Shown piece after piece: positions 1-13,070 of a stretch of DNA of 64,000 bases. Position 1 is the stretch's first letter, and each line of letters begins with the position of its first letter. A model generated the notes under the pieces. The model was not told the DNA's origin, did no database searches, and worked only from the letters and a program-made list of their open reading frames with translations. The position numbers and the translations under genes were made by a program. This DNA comes from Malacoraja senta (Eukaryota): positions 1,118,001 through 1,182,000 of the forward strand of contig CM075995.1 in the NCBI GenBank assembly GCA_038087875.1. The letters are read 5' to 3'.

Positions 1-719
1 GGCAGGGAGAATGGTGATCACCGCCCCATTCTATTTTCCTCACCCTGTTTTCCTTTTCCAATGTCACAGTCTTTGCATTCCTGTTGTTTCTTCCTGTCTG
101 TAGCTATCTTAAAGACTTGGACCGTATATCAGAACCTACCTATCTACCCACTCAACAAGATGTGCTTAGAGTGCGAGTCCCAACAACAGGGATCATTGAA
201 TACCCTTTCGACTTGCAAACCGTCATTTTCAGGTAGAAGAAAGTTGCTAAACGGTACTAACAGTTTTGGCAATTTGGGCTAAAAGCTTCCATTTTCTAGA
301 ACTTATTTATTATGCACATTGAGTTTTAAATTTGTAAAATTGTTAGAAATTATTGTTAGAAAATTGTTTAAAATGACAAGTGCATGTTTCATAAATTAAT
401 ATTTTTAATGTTTTAAAATGATTATGTTACACAGGTTTTTAAATGCTGTTTGTCATATTTAAAGTTACCATGTGATCTGAAATGATAGTTTAATCTTCAG
501 TGATTTTCTATGAAACATAAATGATTTCGCATTTCAACATGTTATCAGTTGAAGAGCAAGAAATTACTCAAATGTACATCAATTATTTTCTGCCTAATCA
601 ATAACTGAATTTGATTTTTTGTCCCCCCCCACTGAGTTGTTTCAGTAATACCATGAATATTAGGTTTTGCATGCGAAATTGACTTTTCTATACCTCCCTT
701 ATTTTGCATGCCAGATTTA

Positions 720-779
720 CGACTTTGAGTCCTGAAAAGCGCTATATAAATAAAATGTATTATTATTATTATTATTATT
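720..779 (+). repeat. 3' tail remnant of an L2-type LINE/SINE ending in (TAT)n
   Basis: aagcgctatataaataaaatg followed by (tat)n; the same tail motif recurs at 36972-37030 and 49780-49845 (both minus). Confidence 0.5.
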
Positions 780-1642
780 GACTAATTATTCAAAAAATTC
801 ATGACGTTGTGCTCTACAGTGCCCTCCATAATGTTTGGGACAAAGACCCATCATTTATTTATTTGCCTCTGTACACCACAATTTGAAATTTGTAATAGAA
901 AAAATCACATGTGTTTAAAGTGCACATTGTCAGATTTTAATAAAGGCCATTTTTATACATTTTAGAAATTACAGCAGTGTTTATACATAGTCCCTCCATT
1001 TCAGGGCACCATCATGTTTGGGACACATGGCTTCACAGGTGTTTGTAAGTGCTCAGGTGTGTTTAAATGCCTCCTTAATGCAGGTATAAGAGAGCTCTCA
1101 GCACCTAGTCTTTCCTCCAGTCTTTCCGTCACCTTTGAAAACTTTTATTGCTGTTTATCAACATGAGGACCAAAGTTGTGCCAATGAAAGTCAAAGAAGC
1201 CATTATGAGACTGAGAGACAAGAATAAAACTGTTAGAGACATCAGCTAAACCTTAGGCTTAACATAATCAACTGTTCGGAACATCATTAAGAAGAAAGAG
1301 AGCACTGGTGAGCTTACTAATCGCAAAGGGGCTGGCAGGCCAAGGAAGACCTCCACAGCTGATGATGACAGAAGAATTCTCTCTATAATAAAGAAAATCC
1401 CCAAACACCTGTCCGACAGATCAGAAACACTCTGCAGGAGTCGGGTGTGGATTTGTCAATGACCACTGTCCACAGAAGACTTCATGAACAGAAATACAGA
1501 GGCAACACTGGCAAGATGCAAACCACTGGTTATCCCCAAAAATAGGATGGCCAGGTTACAGTTTGCCAAGAAGTACTTAAAAGAGCAACCACGGTTATGG
1601 AAAAAGGTCTTGTGGACAGATGAGATGAAGATTAACTTATAT

Positions 1643-3808
1643 GAAGGCATGAGAGGGGAGCTGGCCAAAGTAGACTGGAAAGGGATCCCAGCAGGAATGA
1701 CGGTGGAACAGCAATGGGAGGAATTTCTAGGCATAATCCGGGAGACGCAGGATCATTTCATTCCAAAAATTAAGAAAGATTATAAGGGGAGTAGGAGGCA
1801 ACCGTGGCTGACAAGAGAAGTTAGGGATAGAATAAAACTAAAAGAAAAGATGTACAACACAGCAAAGAGTAGCCAGAAGCCAGAGGATTGGGAAACTTTC
1901 AACAGAAGGAAACAAAACGGGCAATACGGGCTGAAAAGATGAAGTACGAGGGGAAGCTGGCCAGGAATATAAAAAAGGACAGTAAAAGCTTCTTTAGATA
2001 TGTTAAGGGAAAAAGAGTAGCAAAGTCAAATGTGGGCCCCTTGAAGGCAGACACGGGTGAAATTATTATGGGCAACAAGGAAATGGCAGAAGAGTTGAAT
2101 AGGTACTTCGGATCTGTCTTCACTAAGGAAGACACAAACAATCTCCCAGATGTACTGGAGGACAGAGGATCTAAGGGGGTAGAGGAACTGAAATAAATTT
2201 TCATTAGGTGAGAAATAGTATTGGGTAGGCTAATGGGACTGAAGGATGATAAATCCCCTGGGCCTGATGGTCTGCATCCCAGGGTCCTCAGGGAGGTGGC
2301 TCTAGAAATAGTGGACGCATTGGTGATCATTTTCCAATGTTCAATAGATTCAGGATCAGTTCCTGTGGATTGGAGGATAGCTAATGTTATCCCACTTTTC
2401 AAGAAAGGAACGAGAGAGAAAACGGGGAATTACAGATCAGTTAGCCTGACTTCAGTGGTGGGAAAGATGCTGGAGTCAATTATTAAAGAGGTAATAATGG
2501 GGCATTTGGATAGCTGTAAAAGGATTAGTCCAAGTCAGCATGGATTTATGAAAGGGAAATCATGCTTGACTAATCTTCTGGAATTTTTTGAGGATGTGAC
2601 AAGTAAAATGGATGAAGGGGTGCCAGTGGATGTAGTGTATCTAGACTTTCAGAAAGCCTTTGATAAGGTCCCGCACGGGAGACTGGTGACTAAAATTAGA
2701 GCACGTGGTATTGGGGGTAGGGTGTTGACATGGATAGAAAATTGGTTGGCAGACCGGAAGCAAAGAGTAGGAGTGAACGGGTTCTTTTCAGAATGGCAGG
2801 CAGTGGCGAGTGGAGTGCCGCAAGGCTCGGTGTTGGGACCGCAACTGTTTACCATATATATTAATGATTTGGAAGAGGGAATTAGGAGCAACACTAGCAA
2901 GTTTGCAGATGACACAAAGCTGGGTGGCAGTGTGAACGGTGAAGAGGATGTTAGGAGGTTGCAGGGTGACCTGGACAGGTTGAGTGAGTGGGCAGATGCG
3001 TGGCAGATGCAGTATAATATAGATAAATGTGAGGTTATCCACTTTGGCGGGCAAAAACAAGGGGGCAGATTATTATCTCAATGGGGTTAGGTTAGGTAAG
3101 GGGGAGGTACAGCGGTCACTGAAAGTTGGCGTGCAGGTACAGCAGGCAGTGAAGAAAGCTAATGGGATGTTGGCCTTCATAACAAGAGGATTTCAGTATA
3201 GGAGTAAAGAGGTTTTTCTGCAGTTGTATAGGGCTCTGGTGAGACCACATCTGGAGTATTGTGTACCGTTTTGGTCTCCTAATTTGAGGAAGGACATCCT
3301 TGTGATTGAGGCAATGCAGCGTAGGTTCACGAGATTGATCCCTGGGATGGCGGGACTGTCATATGAGGAAAGATTGTAAAGACTAGGCTTGTATTCACTG
3401 GAGTTTAGAAGGATGAGGGGGATCTTATAGAAACATATAAAATTATAAAATGACTGGACAAACTAGATGCAGGAATAATGTTCCCAATGTTGGGCGAGTC
3501 CAGAACCAGGGGCCACAGTCTTAGAATGAAGGGGAGGTCATTTAAGACTGAGGTGAGAAAAAACGTTTTCACCCAGAGAGTTGTGAATTTATGGAATTCC
3601 CTGCTACAGAGGGCAGTGGAGGCCGAATCACTGGATGGATTTAAGAGAGAGTTAGATAGAGCTCTAGGGGCTAGTGGAGTCAAGGGATATGGGGAGAAGG
3701 CAGGCACGGGTTATTGATAGGGGACGATCATCCATGATCACAATGAATGGCGGTGCTGGCTCGAAGGGCCGAATGGCCGCCTCCTGCACCTATTTTCTAT
3801 CTTTCTAC
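1643..3808 (+). mobile_element. 5'-truncated CR1 LINE (RT region and 3' UTR) nested in the Tc1 transposase
   Basis: ORF 2221-3090 has KSPGPDG, QHGF, YLDFQKAFDKVPH, GVPQGSVLGP and KFADD; C-terminal RPHLEYC and TRGHSL; (tttctat) tail. The Tc1 frame INLY|QSD resumes at 3811. Confidence 0.93.
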
Positions 3809-3866
3809 ATCAGAGTGATAGCAAGAGCAAGTATGGAGGAGAGAAGGAATTGCCCAAGATCCAAAG

Positions 3867-3916
3867 TTGTCTCTGTACTGTACACTGCACATTGACAATT
3901 AAAGATTGAATTGAAG
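3867..3916 (+). repeat. Short LINE 3'-tail insertion inside the Tc1 transposase
   Basis: ttgtctctgtactgtacactgcacattgacaattaaagattgaattgaa interrupts the Tc1 motif QDPK|(H/Y)TTQSVKH. Confidence 0.5.
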
Positions 3917-4671
3917 TATACTACCCAATCTGTGAAACACAGTGGTAGGGGTGTTATGGCCTGGGCATGTATGGCTGCTGAAGGTACTGGCTCACTTATC
4001 GTCAATGATGATACAACTGCTGATGGTAGTAGCATAATGAATTCTGAAGTGTATAGACACATCCTATCTGCTCAGCTTCAAACAAATGCCTCAAAACTCA
4101 TTGGCCGGCAGTTCATTCAACAGCACGACAATGATCCCAAACATACTGCTGAAGCAACAAACAAGTTTTTCAAAGCTAAAAAATGATAAATTCTTGAGTG
4201 GCCAAGTCAATCAACCGATCTGAACCCAATTGAGCATGCCTTTTATATGCTGAAGAGAAAACTGAAGGAGACTACCCGCCAAAACAAGCATAAGCTAAAG
4301 ATGGCTGTAATATAGGCCTGGCAGAGCATCTCCAGATAAGTCACCCAGCAACTGGTGATGTTCATGAATCGCAGATTTCAAGCAGTCATTGCATGCAAAG
4401 GATATGCAACAAAATAGTAAACATGACTACTTTCATTTACACGACATTGCTGTGTCCCAAACATTATGGTGTAATTTCTATATGGTGAAACCAAAATGTA
4501 TAAAAATTATCTTGATTAAATTCTGACAGTGTACACTTTAACCACATGTGATTTTTTTTCTATTACAAATCTCAAATTGTGGAGTACAAAAGCAAATAAA
4601 TAAATGATGGGTCTTTGTTCCAAACATTATGGAGGGCACTGTAGTTCATATATGATTTGGTGTTGCATTGA

Positions 4672-4824
<153 letters not shown>

Positions 4825-5571
4825 TAACAATCCATATCATCTTAATTATTCTAGGTTTGTTTTCCTTTAATAGGGATTATAAATCTATCAGACTTTGATA
4901 CATACCATAATTAAAACATTTTTCATTTAAATAAGACTTCAGGCATTGAAGAGAATGCTAGTGAATGTACATGGAAACAAAGCACAAATGATGAGAATCT
5001 AGAGTATATTTAAAGTTGGAATTTTTATAGAAGAGGAAGCAGCAGAAATATTTGTTGAGAAAACATGGGTGAGACCTAGATGACTGAATTTGCTTCTTTA
5101 TGGTAGAGCAGCAAGATGGTATGTGTAGCCAAACGTGAAAATTGTAAGTTGATACTTAACACTGGGCTATGGAAAGATGATAAACACCTAGGATAGGACA
5201 CCCATGCACAATAATAAGAATTTTAACCCACTGGGGACTGGGAGCCAATGTATGTTTGAGCATAGGAGAACATCAAGTGAATAATCAGCAATATTTGAAC
5301 AGTTGAATCTTGTTCTTGAATTTTCTGTAAATTGGTGTGAATAACTGGCTAAGTCAAACTGACTAATTGAGTCTGGACGTGCCAGGTCAACATGACGTGG
5401 GTTACATCTGGTTTTGTTGCAGTGTGAACACAGTTGGTCATTGTGATGGAGAGGATATGACAAGGATATTGGTGCCCAGGTTGTAAGATGAGGTTTGTGC
5501 CCAGCAATTGTCATGAATTTAAACAATTTGGTTTCCAAAGAAAACATGGGACCAACTAGATATCTGTGATG

Positions 5572-5718
5572 TTAAAGAAGGAACTGCAGATGCTGGAAAA
5601 TCGAAGGTACACAAAAATGCTGGAGAAACTCAGCGGGTGCAGCAGCATCTATGGAGCGAAGGAAATAGGCAACGTTTCAGGCCGAAACCCTTCTTCAGAC
5701 TGATAGGGGGTGGGGAGA
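5572..5718 (-). mobile_element. Solo Penelope-like pLTR fragment with hammerhead motif and 12-bp TSD
   Basis: Near-identical to the inverted 3' end of the Penelope at 40895-41033; flanked by atatctgtgatg at 5560-5571 and 5719-5730. Confidence 0.8.
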
Positions 5719-6812
5719 ATATCTGTGATGATGAGAACATTAAAAATGTCCTTCAAACTTAAGTTGAATATTACAAAAATAAACTTAAATATATTTTGCA
5801 CTAATTAAAATAGTAATTTTAGGAATACCTCATGTTAAGTGTACATCAGAAGTGGAAAATAATCAGGTGAAATGTAAACATGAAATACTCAAATTTCAGT
5901 ATTTTATATTAGACAACTGTGCTTTTGTATTTGGGAGGTAGAAATTAACTCGCATTACCCATCAAATCAGTTGGAATGTACACATACAGGTATTGGGAAA
6001 TAAGGTCCAATTCATGTGTAAAATGATTTGGGATCCAGTAACCTTCAAGTATTTCTTGTCAGTTTGAGGAAGAATTTGGAATGTCAAATATCATACTTCT
6101 GGTCTTCATATAACTGAATTCCTCAAATCAGTTATCAAGGGAAGATATTAAAAATTTAACCAGAGATAACACAAAATGTACAATATTTTAGTTGATTATT
6201 ACAATCGTAACATTCAGATTTGTTTGTACAATGCATGTACCTGTGTTTATAAATGCACATGGAAAATTGAATGTTTTCATCTTGATCATCAGACGTTCTC
6301 AATTATCCACTGAAATATTTTCTCTAGTGATCTTTGGGATAGTACTCACAAAATAGATGCAAAACCATAAAGTTGGCAACATGAAAAACAATGGGAATAT
6401 GGAGCAATGGACCTTCTGGTTCTTTGTTTATAACAGTGGAACAATTCATCCACCATACATCGACTTGTACAATTCATCAGCCTTCGCTTTAAGTTGATTG
6501 CTGTAGGACTCTTAAGTAGATTGCACACTAATGGCACACAGCTTTTTATATGTACATACAATAAGTGCAATATATCAATGTTTGTTATATCTATAATGCT
6601 TCCTACAAATTAATACATATTTGCATTTGTAGATGTGTATATCTGTATAATTTTTTTAAATATTTCAGACAAAATAATAAGAATTGGTTATTAGCAGTAT
6701 TTTGATATCTGGTGTCACAGATTTGTTGCTATTTGTTGTATTATTCCAATGCTTTACAGGAAGAAAGTTCAGAACCTGCCTTCTGATTTTATCTCAATGT
6801 AATTCATTCCAG

Positions 6813-6966
6813 AATCGAATGGAGGAAAGCAAAGCACTATTTAAGACGATTATCACATATCCCTGGTTTCAGAATTCCTCAGTTATTCTCTTCTTAAACA
6901 AGAAAGATCTCTTGGAGGAAAAGATTATGTATTCTCACCTGGTTGATTACTTCCCAGAATATGATG
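6813..6966 (+). CDS. GNAQ: G protein alpha q subunit, exon 6
   Basis: ccAG acceptor and GTaagt donor; 154 bp encoding [57 protein letters not shown] and VDYFPEYD favour GNAQ over GNA11/GNA14. Confidence 0.92.
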
Positions 6967-7049
6967 GTAAGTTAATTGAATGTAAAATTATTGCCAAAGT
7001 CATTCTACAAAAGTAGAACATGTAACACTTTAAAAAAAGTACTTGATAA

Positions 7050-7597
7050 TCTATATATATAACTAAAAGTCTCATCTTGTATGTATGTATGTTCCCGTAA
7101 TACAGCCAAAACGGTACGCGATAGCGCCTTACTCACCATTTGGAGGGGTGTGCAGTAGCATTTTGTTCGATTTTACGATGTTTTCCCTCTATAACCTTTA
7201 ATTTACTTTATGCCATAAATGAAACTGCGCTCCCACTTGCCGGGCCCGTCAGCCGTGCCTGTGCCGTTGGGGGAGGGTTGCTGGGCCCGCCGCCATTTTC
7301 AGATTGGCATTTTGACTGGCGTCACAACGGGGATCTCTGGTGTCATAACGGGGACCCAACGGGTGTATTTCCCTTTATAAATTTAAATTAACTTTCTACC
7401 CCCGGGGCCTGCAGCGGTGCACCTACTCAGTGCGCTCCCGGCCCATCAGTCGCACCTGCACAGTTAGGGGAGGGTTGCCGGGCCCTGTATCCGCGCGTGT
7501 GCAGTTGGGGCAGGGTTGCCGGGACCGCCGCCATTTTGAAATTGCCATTTTGATCCGGCGTCACAACGGGGACCCAACGGGTTCACGGGTCGTCTAG
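7050..7597 (+). mobile_element. Non-autonomous Helitron (complete ends)
   Basis: A|TCtatatat...cgtCTAG|T with no TSD; subterminal hairpin ggaccc-aac-gggttc near 7570-7584; an internal duplication repeats the hairpin near 7350. Confidence 0.85.
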
Positions 7598-9122
7598 TAT
7601 CCTGCTAATTATTGAAGCAAGTGATCAAATGCTGAGATGTATTGGACAAGTGTCTTAGCAAGCTACCCAAATTCGCGTTTGCATTGTTTGCTTTCTCAAA
7701 ATAATTAGAAACTAGGACAGCATCTGTGGAGTGAGAAACAAAAGCTCATTGGTCAGATCCATGACCTTTCATCAGAGCTGGAAAATGTTAGAAATAAAGC
7801 AAGTTATAAAATGAAAAGTAAGTGGGAATGGAAAGGTAGAACAAAAAAAAAAAGCACTGTATTTCTTTTGGTGAGAGGCAAAGGCGTTAAATGACAAGGG
7901 ACAAGGATAGTAACCAGATTGATTAAAAGAACAAAAGATGCATCTAGAAAACATGTAAACATAAGAAGCAGAATTATTTGGCCATGCCGTTTGGGGAGAA
8001 TGTGGTTCGGAGGGAGAGATAGATCAGCCATGATTTGATAGACTTGAATGGCTTAATTCTGCGCTTATCACTTATGAACTTATGAGACAATGACATTTAC
8101 TCCAGAAACCTAATAACATAGGAATTTCTGCATGAGTAAGGAAGTCCAGAAATAATCACTAACTACTTTCTTTCTTTCCTTAATTCACTCTGAAACTGCA
8201 TTCCTAGTGGAGCAGAGCCAGGTTTTAGCACATGCCCCGTCACTCCATGACAGAGTAAGCCCTTTCGATAACCTGAATGGAACTACTGCAGGGAGTGCTT
8301 TTCTCTTCATTTCAAAGGAGTGGACATATTGTGAGAGAGTTTTGAGTATTTTAACTATATACAAAGGATAGTTAAATGTAAATTACAAATATTTCTGGCT
8401 ATTTTGCATGGAAAATATCCATTTAGCCTGTCACGTCTATACCAATAGAAAACTATTCTCACTTCTTGTCCATGGCTTTCAAGATTATGCCAGACAAAAG
8501 TTAATATCAAGCCAAATATTAGGATTGGTGATTGAAAGCTCAGAGTAAATTATGAGAGGGTGTAAAAGAAATAGAGGAGAGCCTAGTGGAGGGTATTCTC
8601 AAACATGTGGTTGACAGCATGGAAACAATGACAGGAACATTGAGTATTGGATGCAAAAGGGTTCTTGTAAAGCTTGAACGCTGAGGCACAATACGGGCTA
8701 TTGAGTGATTTTAAAAAGGGTAATAATATGAGAATCAGTTTGGTGGTGATGTAGGTCAGTGAGAACTAAAGAAAAAGGTGTCTCTCAGGATTTTAAAGCC
8801 AGAGTTTCAGATGAATTTGATGTGTGTTCAGAGTAAATGGACAATTGGAAAGAAATACACAGGAATATTCATGTCTTCATATTAGAAAATCATTCATTGA
8901 GGTTCCAGCAATGGATGTACTGAGGTAAGGTTGGAGAATGTAATTTTTATGGACCATATGTCTGCAATCTCTATTATGAATGTGATATAGGAGCAAATGG
9001 ATGCCATTGTCAAGGTTGCAGGCAATTTTGTTCAGCCTGAGGCAGTGGTCAGGAAAGAAGATGGAATTGGTAAAGAGGAAATGGTGTTTGTGGTGGAGAG
9101 AATGCAATGATTTTGATCTTAA

Positions 9123-9300
9123 CAAAAGACACAATGTGCTGGTGTAACTTAACAGGTCATTCAGCTTCTCTGGAGAACATGGATAGGTGATGTTTTGATC
9201 TGAAACGTCACCTATTCATGTGCTCCAGAGATGCTGCCTGGAACACTGAGTTACTCCAGCACTTTGTTTTATGTGTTTAAACCAGCATCAGTAATTCCTT
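9123..9300. mobile_element. Fold-back (inverted pair) of Penelope pLTR-derived sequence
   Basis: Left arm tgctggtgtaact...ggataggtgatgtttt and right arm gaaacgtcacctattc...gagttactccagca are reverse complements around gatc 9197-9200. Confidence 0.65.
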
Positions 9301-10733
9301 ATGTAGTTCCTTGATCTTAATAATGTTTAATTTGTGCAAAGTAAATTTGACCAACAAAAGGTCATTTCAATCAGTAAGACAACTGGGGCTGGTAATTGCC
9401 TTGTTATTTCTCTCTGCCTGTACTAATTCATGTTACCTCTTATTAGTTCTTACTGTCAACTATTTTTGCACAAATTCTTTGCGTTCGTTCAAATGCCTCC
9501 AGCCATCTTACTTCTACCAGAAACATTCCGTTTCACATCCTTGCAAATATTGTGACCAGCTGGAACATTTATGATTTCTACCTTATTGTCAGCTTGATGT
9601 TACAGTTGCACAAAAATGATTGCTAGATGCACAAGGGCTTATTTGTTATATTCTGCAAAATTCTCCCTGGTGTAGTGTACTGATAGAGGACATGAATATT
9701 TAACAGTGGCCTTAATAGTTTGTATATTTTCAGCTATCAATCAGTTCTATATATTAAAGTGAAATGTAACAATGATAATACAAATAATTCAATTTATCTG
9801 CCAGACTTGTTGAATCTGTTCAACAAAGCAGTGCAACTATCTGAGCCACAGATAGTTAAATCACAATGAATGATAAATGTGCAACTGAGCTAAATAAATA
9901 ACTCCAGCATACACTATGGAGTGGGTATTTCTAAATTTTGAAATGTAAAACATTGCTTAATTTAAGACAATTTGATCAGAATATCTTTGATATTGCTTTA
10001 ATATTGTCATGACTGGTGGGAAACTTTGTTCTGCATACTATCTGGACAAATCATATAGATGAAAATACCAAGTAGTAAAAAAGGGAAAAAACAATGCAGA
10101 ATATAATTTTACATCTACAGGAAAAAAATCAGATGAAAACTAAGTGCAAGGGCTTCAACAAGTTAGATTGGAAGTTTGAGAATTAACACTAAACATCTGA
10201 GAGGTCCGTTCAAGAATTTCACAGCAGTGAAGAAGCTATTCCTGAATCTGGTAAAAATGCCAATAAAATGATTTGCGAGAATAGATATTCTTATAATTTT
10301 TATGTCAAATGTGGAAGGGATGGGTAGGAGTGTAGTTGAAGAATAAAGCCTGCTACAATAAAATGGAAAATGAATTACACAGAATCCTTACCCTGCAGGT
10401 GGCAGTGGCACACGGGAAAAAAAGTGATCACGTTGTACAAATATCATTAAAAAAGATAAAGAAGAAACCAAGAAAATGTGCATAAACCAAGCTCGTTGCC
10501 TTTTTAATTAATTAGAAGCAGTAGAAAATGATGTCCAACACTCCAATGTACCACTGAGTGGGTGCGGCATAATTGGTTAAAAAGTTAAATAGTGGTCTCT
10601 TCAGACTGTTCTCGTGGTTCAGATGGATGTTAAAGATGTTGTCAAATGATCCAAAGATGACAAATAAAAGCGGCTGCAATTCCTTCATCATGAGACACTG
10701 CAATTAATTCACTGGAATGCATTTCTGCAAAAC

Positions 10734-11333
10734 TTAGAAACATAGAAAATAGGTGCAGGAGTAGGCCATTCGGCCCTTCGAGCCTGCACCGCCATTTGAT
10801 ATGATCATGGCTGATCATCCAACTCAGTATCCCATCCCTGCCTTCTCTCCATACCCCCTGATCCCTTTAGCCACAAGGGCCACATCTAACTCCCTCTTAA
10901 ATATAGCCAATGAACTGGCCTCAACTACCTTCTGTGGCAGAGAATTCCACAGATTCACCACTCTCTGTGTAAAAAAATGATTTCCTCATCTCGGTCCTAA
11001 AAGTCTTCCCTCTTATCCTTAAACTGTGACCCCTAGTACTGGACTTCCCCAACATCGGGAATAATATTCCTGCATCTAGCCTGTCCAACCCCTTAAGAAT
11101 TTTGTAAGTTTCTATAAGATCCCCCCTCAGTCTTCTGAATTCCAACGTGTACAAGCCGAGTCTATCCAGTCTTTCCTCATATGAAAGTCCTGCCATCCCA
11201 GGAATCAGTCTGGTGAACCTTCTCTGTACTCCCTCTATGGCAAGAATGTCTTTCCTCAGATTAGGAGACCAAAACTGTACGCAATACTCCAGGTGTGGTC
11301 TCACCAAGACCCTGTACAACTGCAGTAGAACCT
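10734..11333 (-). mobile_element. CR1 LINE 3' fragment
   Basis: ORF 10921-11319 (LVRPHLEYCVQFWSP...TRGHSL); tail reads tagaaacatagaaa on + strand. Confidence 0.9.
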
Positions 11334-11759
11334 CATAATTAAATAGTCAGTATGAACATGTTATTAATGTGAGTCTTTAACACATCAAAAAAAGTCATAA
11401 AATGGACGAATTCAGAGTATTCTTTTGACAGAGAACTTCCTGTGGAGACAGTTATACAAAAATATCAAAACATTTCCCTCCTCAAAGCAGATAGGAAGTT
11501 ATGATCAATGAACATTCTATATGCCGTGAAAATTCCAGAGTTAACAGTTCAAAGAAAATCAAAGTGAAATAAAATTATCCTAGCATGGTTAAACATTCCT
11601 TATTTACTCCTTATTCAGGGTAAATATGTTTATTAATTATTGAATTAAAGAATACTTTACCATCAAAAGCAGAATGGTTAACTGTTTGCTAACCACCAAT
11701 CTTAAAATGGAAATTACTCCTGTTACTGATGGTACTTGTATACCCTTATTGTTCAAATT

Positions 11760-11930
11760 TGTTTGGAGATGCAGCATTCAAACAGGCCCTTCCACCCAAC
11801 ATGTCCATGCTGATCATCGATCGTCTGTTTACTCCAGTTCTATGTTATCCCACTTTCTCATCCTCGACACACGAGGGGCAATTTACAGAGACTAATTAAC
11901 TTGCTAACCTGCATGTCTTTGGGATGTGGG
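11760..11930 (-). mobile_element. HE1-like V-SINE fragment (CR1/HER1-type tail)
   Basis: aaacaggcccttc...ggggcaatttacagag...aacctgcatgtctttgggatgtggg resembles elasmobranch HE1 SINEs (recognition from memory). Confidence 0.55.
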
Positions 11931-12295
11931 AACAGCACCTCATATTTTGTTTGGGCAGCTTACAACCGAGCGGCATGAATGTTGACTTCTCTAACTTCAA
12001 GTAACCTTTAATTTCTCTCTCTCTCTCTCTCTCTCTCCATCCCTCCCTTATCCTAGTTCTCTGACCAGTCTGACTGTCCTGATTAAGTTTTCAGTAGGAA
12101 AATTTGCCTCGTTTATGCCTTGAATATGCCTCGTTGTCAGCTTCCCCAAGCTAACAATGATCTATTCTACATTTTCCTTGTCCTTCATCCCCTTTGTTCT
12201 CTCATATTCACATCTTACCCTTTCATATCTCTGTCTCCCTCTCCCCTGACTCTCAGTCTGAAGAAGGGTCTCAACCTGAAACGTCACTCATTCGT
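11931..12295 (+). mobile_element. Penelope-like element 3' end (GIY-YIG C-terminus plus pLTR)
   Basis: cagcacctcatattttgtttgggcagc...ggcatgaatgttgacttctc matches 40742-40800; ends in the hammerhead motif. Confidence 0.8.
12255..12288 (+). ncRNA. Minimal type I hammerhead ribozyme motif (Penelope-derived)
   Basis: AGU-CUGAAGA-AGG(gucucaa)CCU-GAAAC-GUC-ACU: all core nucleotides present, paired stem II, palindromic ACGU stem III and 3-bp stem I; predicted cleavage after 12285. Confidence 0.65.
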
Positions 12296-12704
12296 TCTAC
12301 TCTGCATTGTTCAAAGAAATGTTTTGTGGGGTTCCAAGATTTCTTTGGTGGTAAAATAGTAATCTTTGAGAAAATGCAGTAGGGAAAAACAGCTGTTAAG
12401 TTAGTTTGAGCATTATAATGTTGAGATGCATTGATAGTTGCATTTCAAGATACTGAGGAGTTGCAGTAGCTCCAATTTTTACTTTCACATGGTAAGCAAA
12501 CATGGTGCTTACAGTTAGTTCTTATAATTAACAATTAACTCAGCATCTAACACGGGGGAAAAAAACTCACACAATAGTTACTATTGCAGTAGCTTTACAA
12601 GACTAAATTGTTTTTACAAAACCCGATGAGAGGCCATTTATTGTTTCCTGGTTAGCTGTTGTCAAAAATTTAGATTAATGAATAGACATGTTAAGGGCCG
12701 TTGA

Positions 12705-13070
12705 TACATAGAAAACATAGACATAGGAAACATAGAAAATAGGTGCAGGAGGAGGCCATTTGGCCCTTCGAGCCAGCACCGCCATTCATTGTGATCATGG
12801 CTGATCGTGCCCAATCAATAACCTGTGCCTGCCTTCTCCCCATATCCCTTGATTCCACTAGCCCCTAGAGTATCTAACTCTCTCTTAAATCCATCCAGTG
12901 ATTTGTCCTGTGGCAGGGAATTCCACTAATTCACAACTCTCTGGGTGAAAACATTTTTTCTCACCTCAGTCTAAAATGGCCTCCCCTTTATTCTAAGACT
13001 GTGGCCCCTGGTTCTGGACTCGCCCAACATTGGGAACTTTTTTCCTGCATCGAGCTTGTCCAGTCCTTTT
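12705..13070 (-). mobile_element. CR1 LINE 3' fragment
   Basis: Reverse complement of the CR1 3' end at 3450-3808, with (catagaaa)n tail. Confidence 0.88.

Larger units (their letters stand above)
817..4641 (+). mobile_element. Tc1-family DNA transposon (IR/DR type, DD34E transposase pseudogene), interrupted by a CR1 and a short LINE tail
   Basis: TA|cagtgccctccataatgtttgggac... at 815-817 and ...caaacattatggagggcactg|TA at 4641-4643. ~200-bp TIRs carry inner and outer direct repeats (atgtttgggac). Transposase remnants from ATG 1163 include GRPRKT, KKVLWTDE, VMAWACM, HDNDPKH and WPSQSTDLNPIE, with stops and frameshifts. Confidence 0.93.

Noticed and set aside
1899..3707. Antisense ORFs over CR1 elements
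   Set aside because: Shadow frames of LINE ORF2, repeated in every CR1 copy.
6684..7016. 110-aa ORF as a standalone gene (likewise 21613-21915)
   Set aside because: Only 6813-6966 and 21725-21915 are Gq-like and bounded by splice sites; the rest is intronic read-through.
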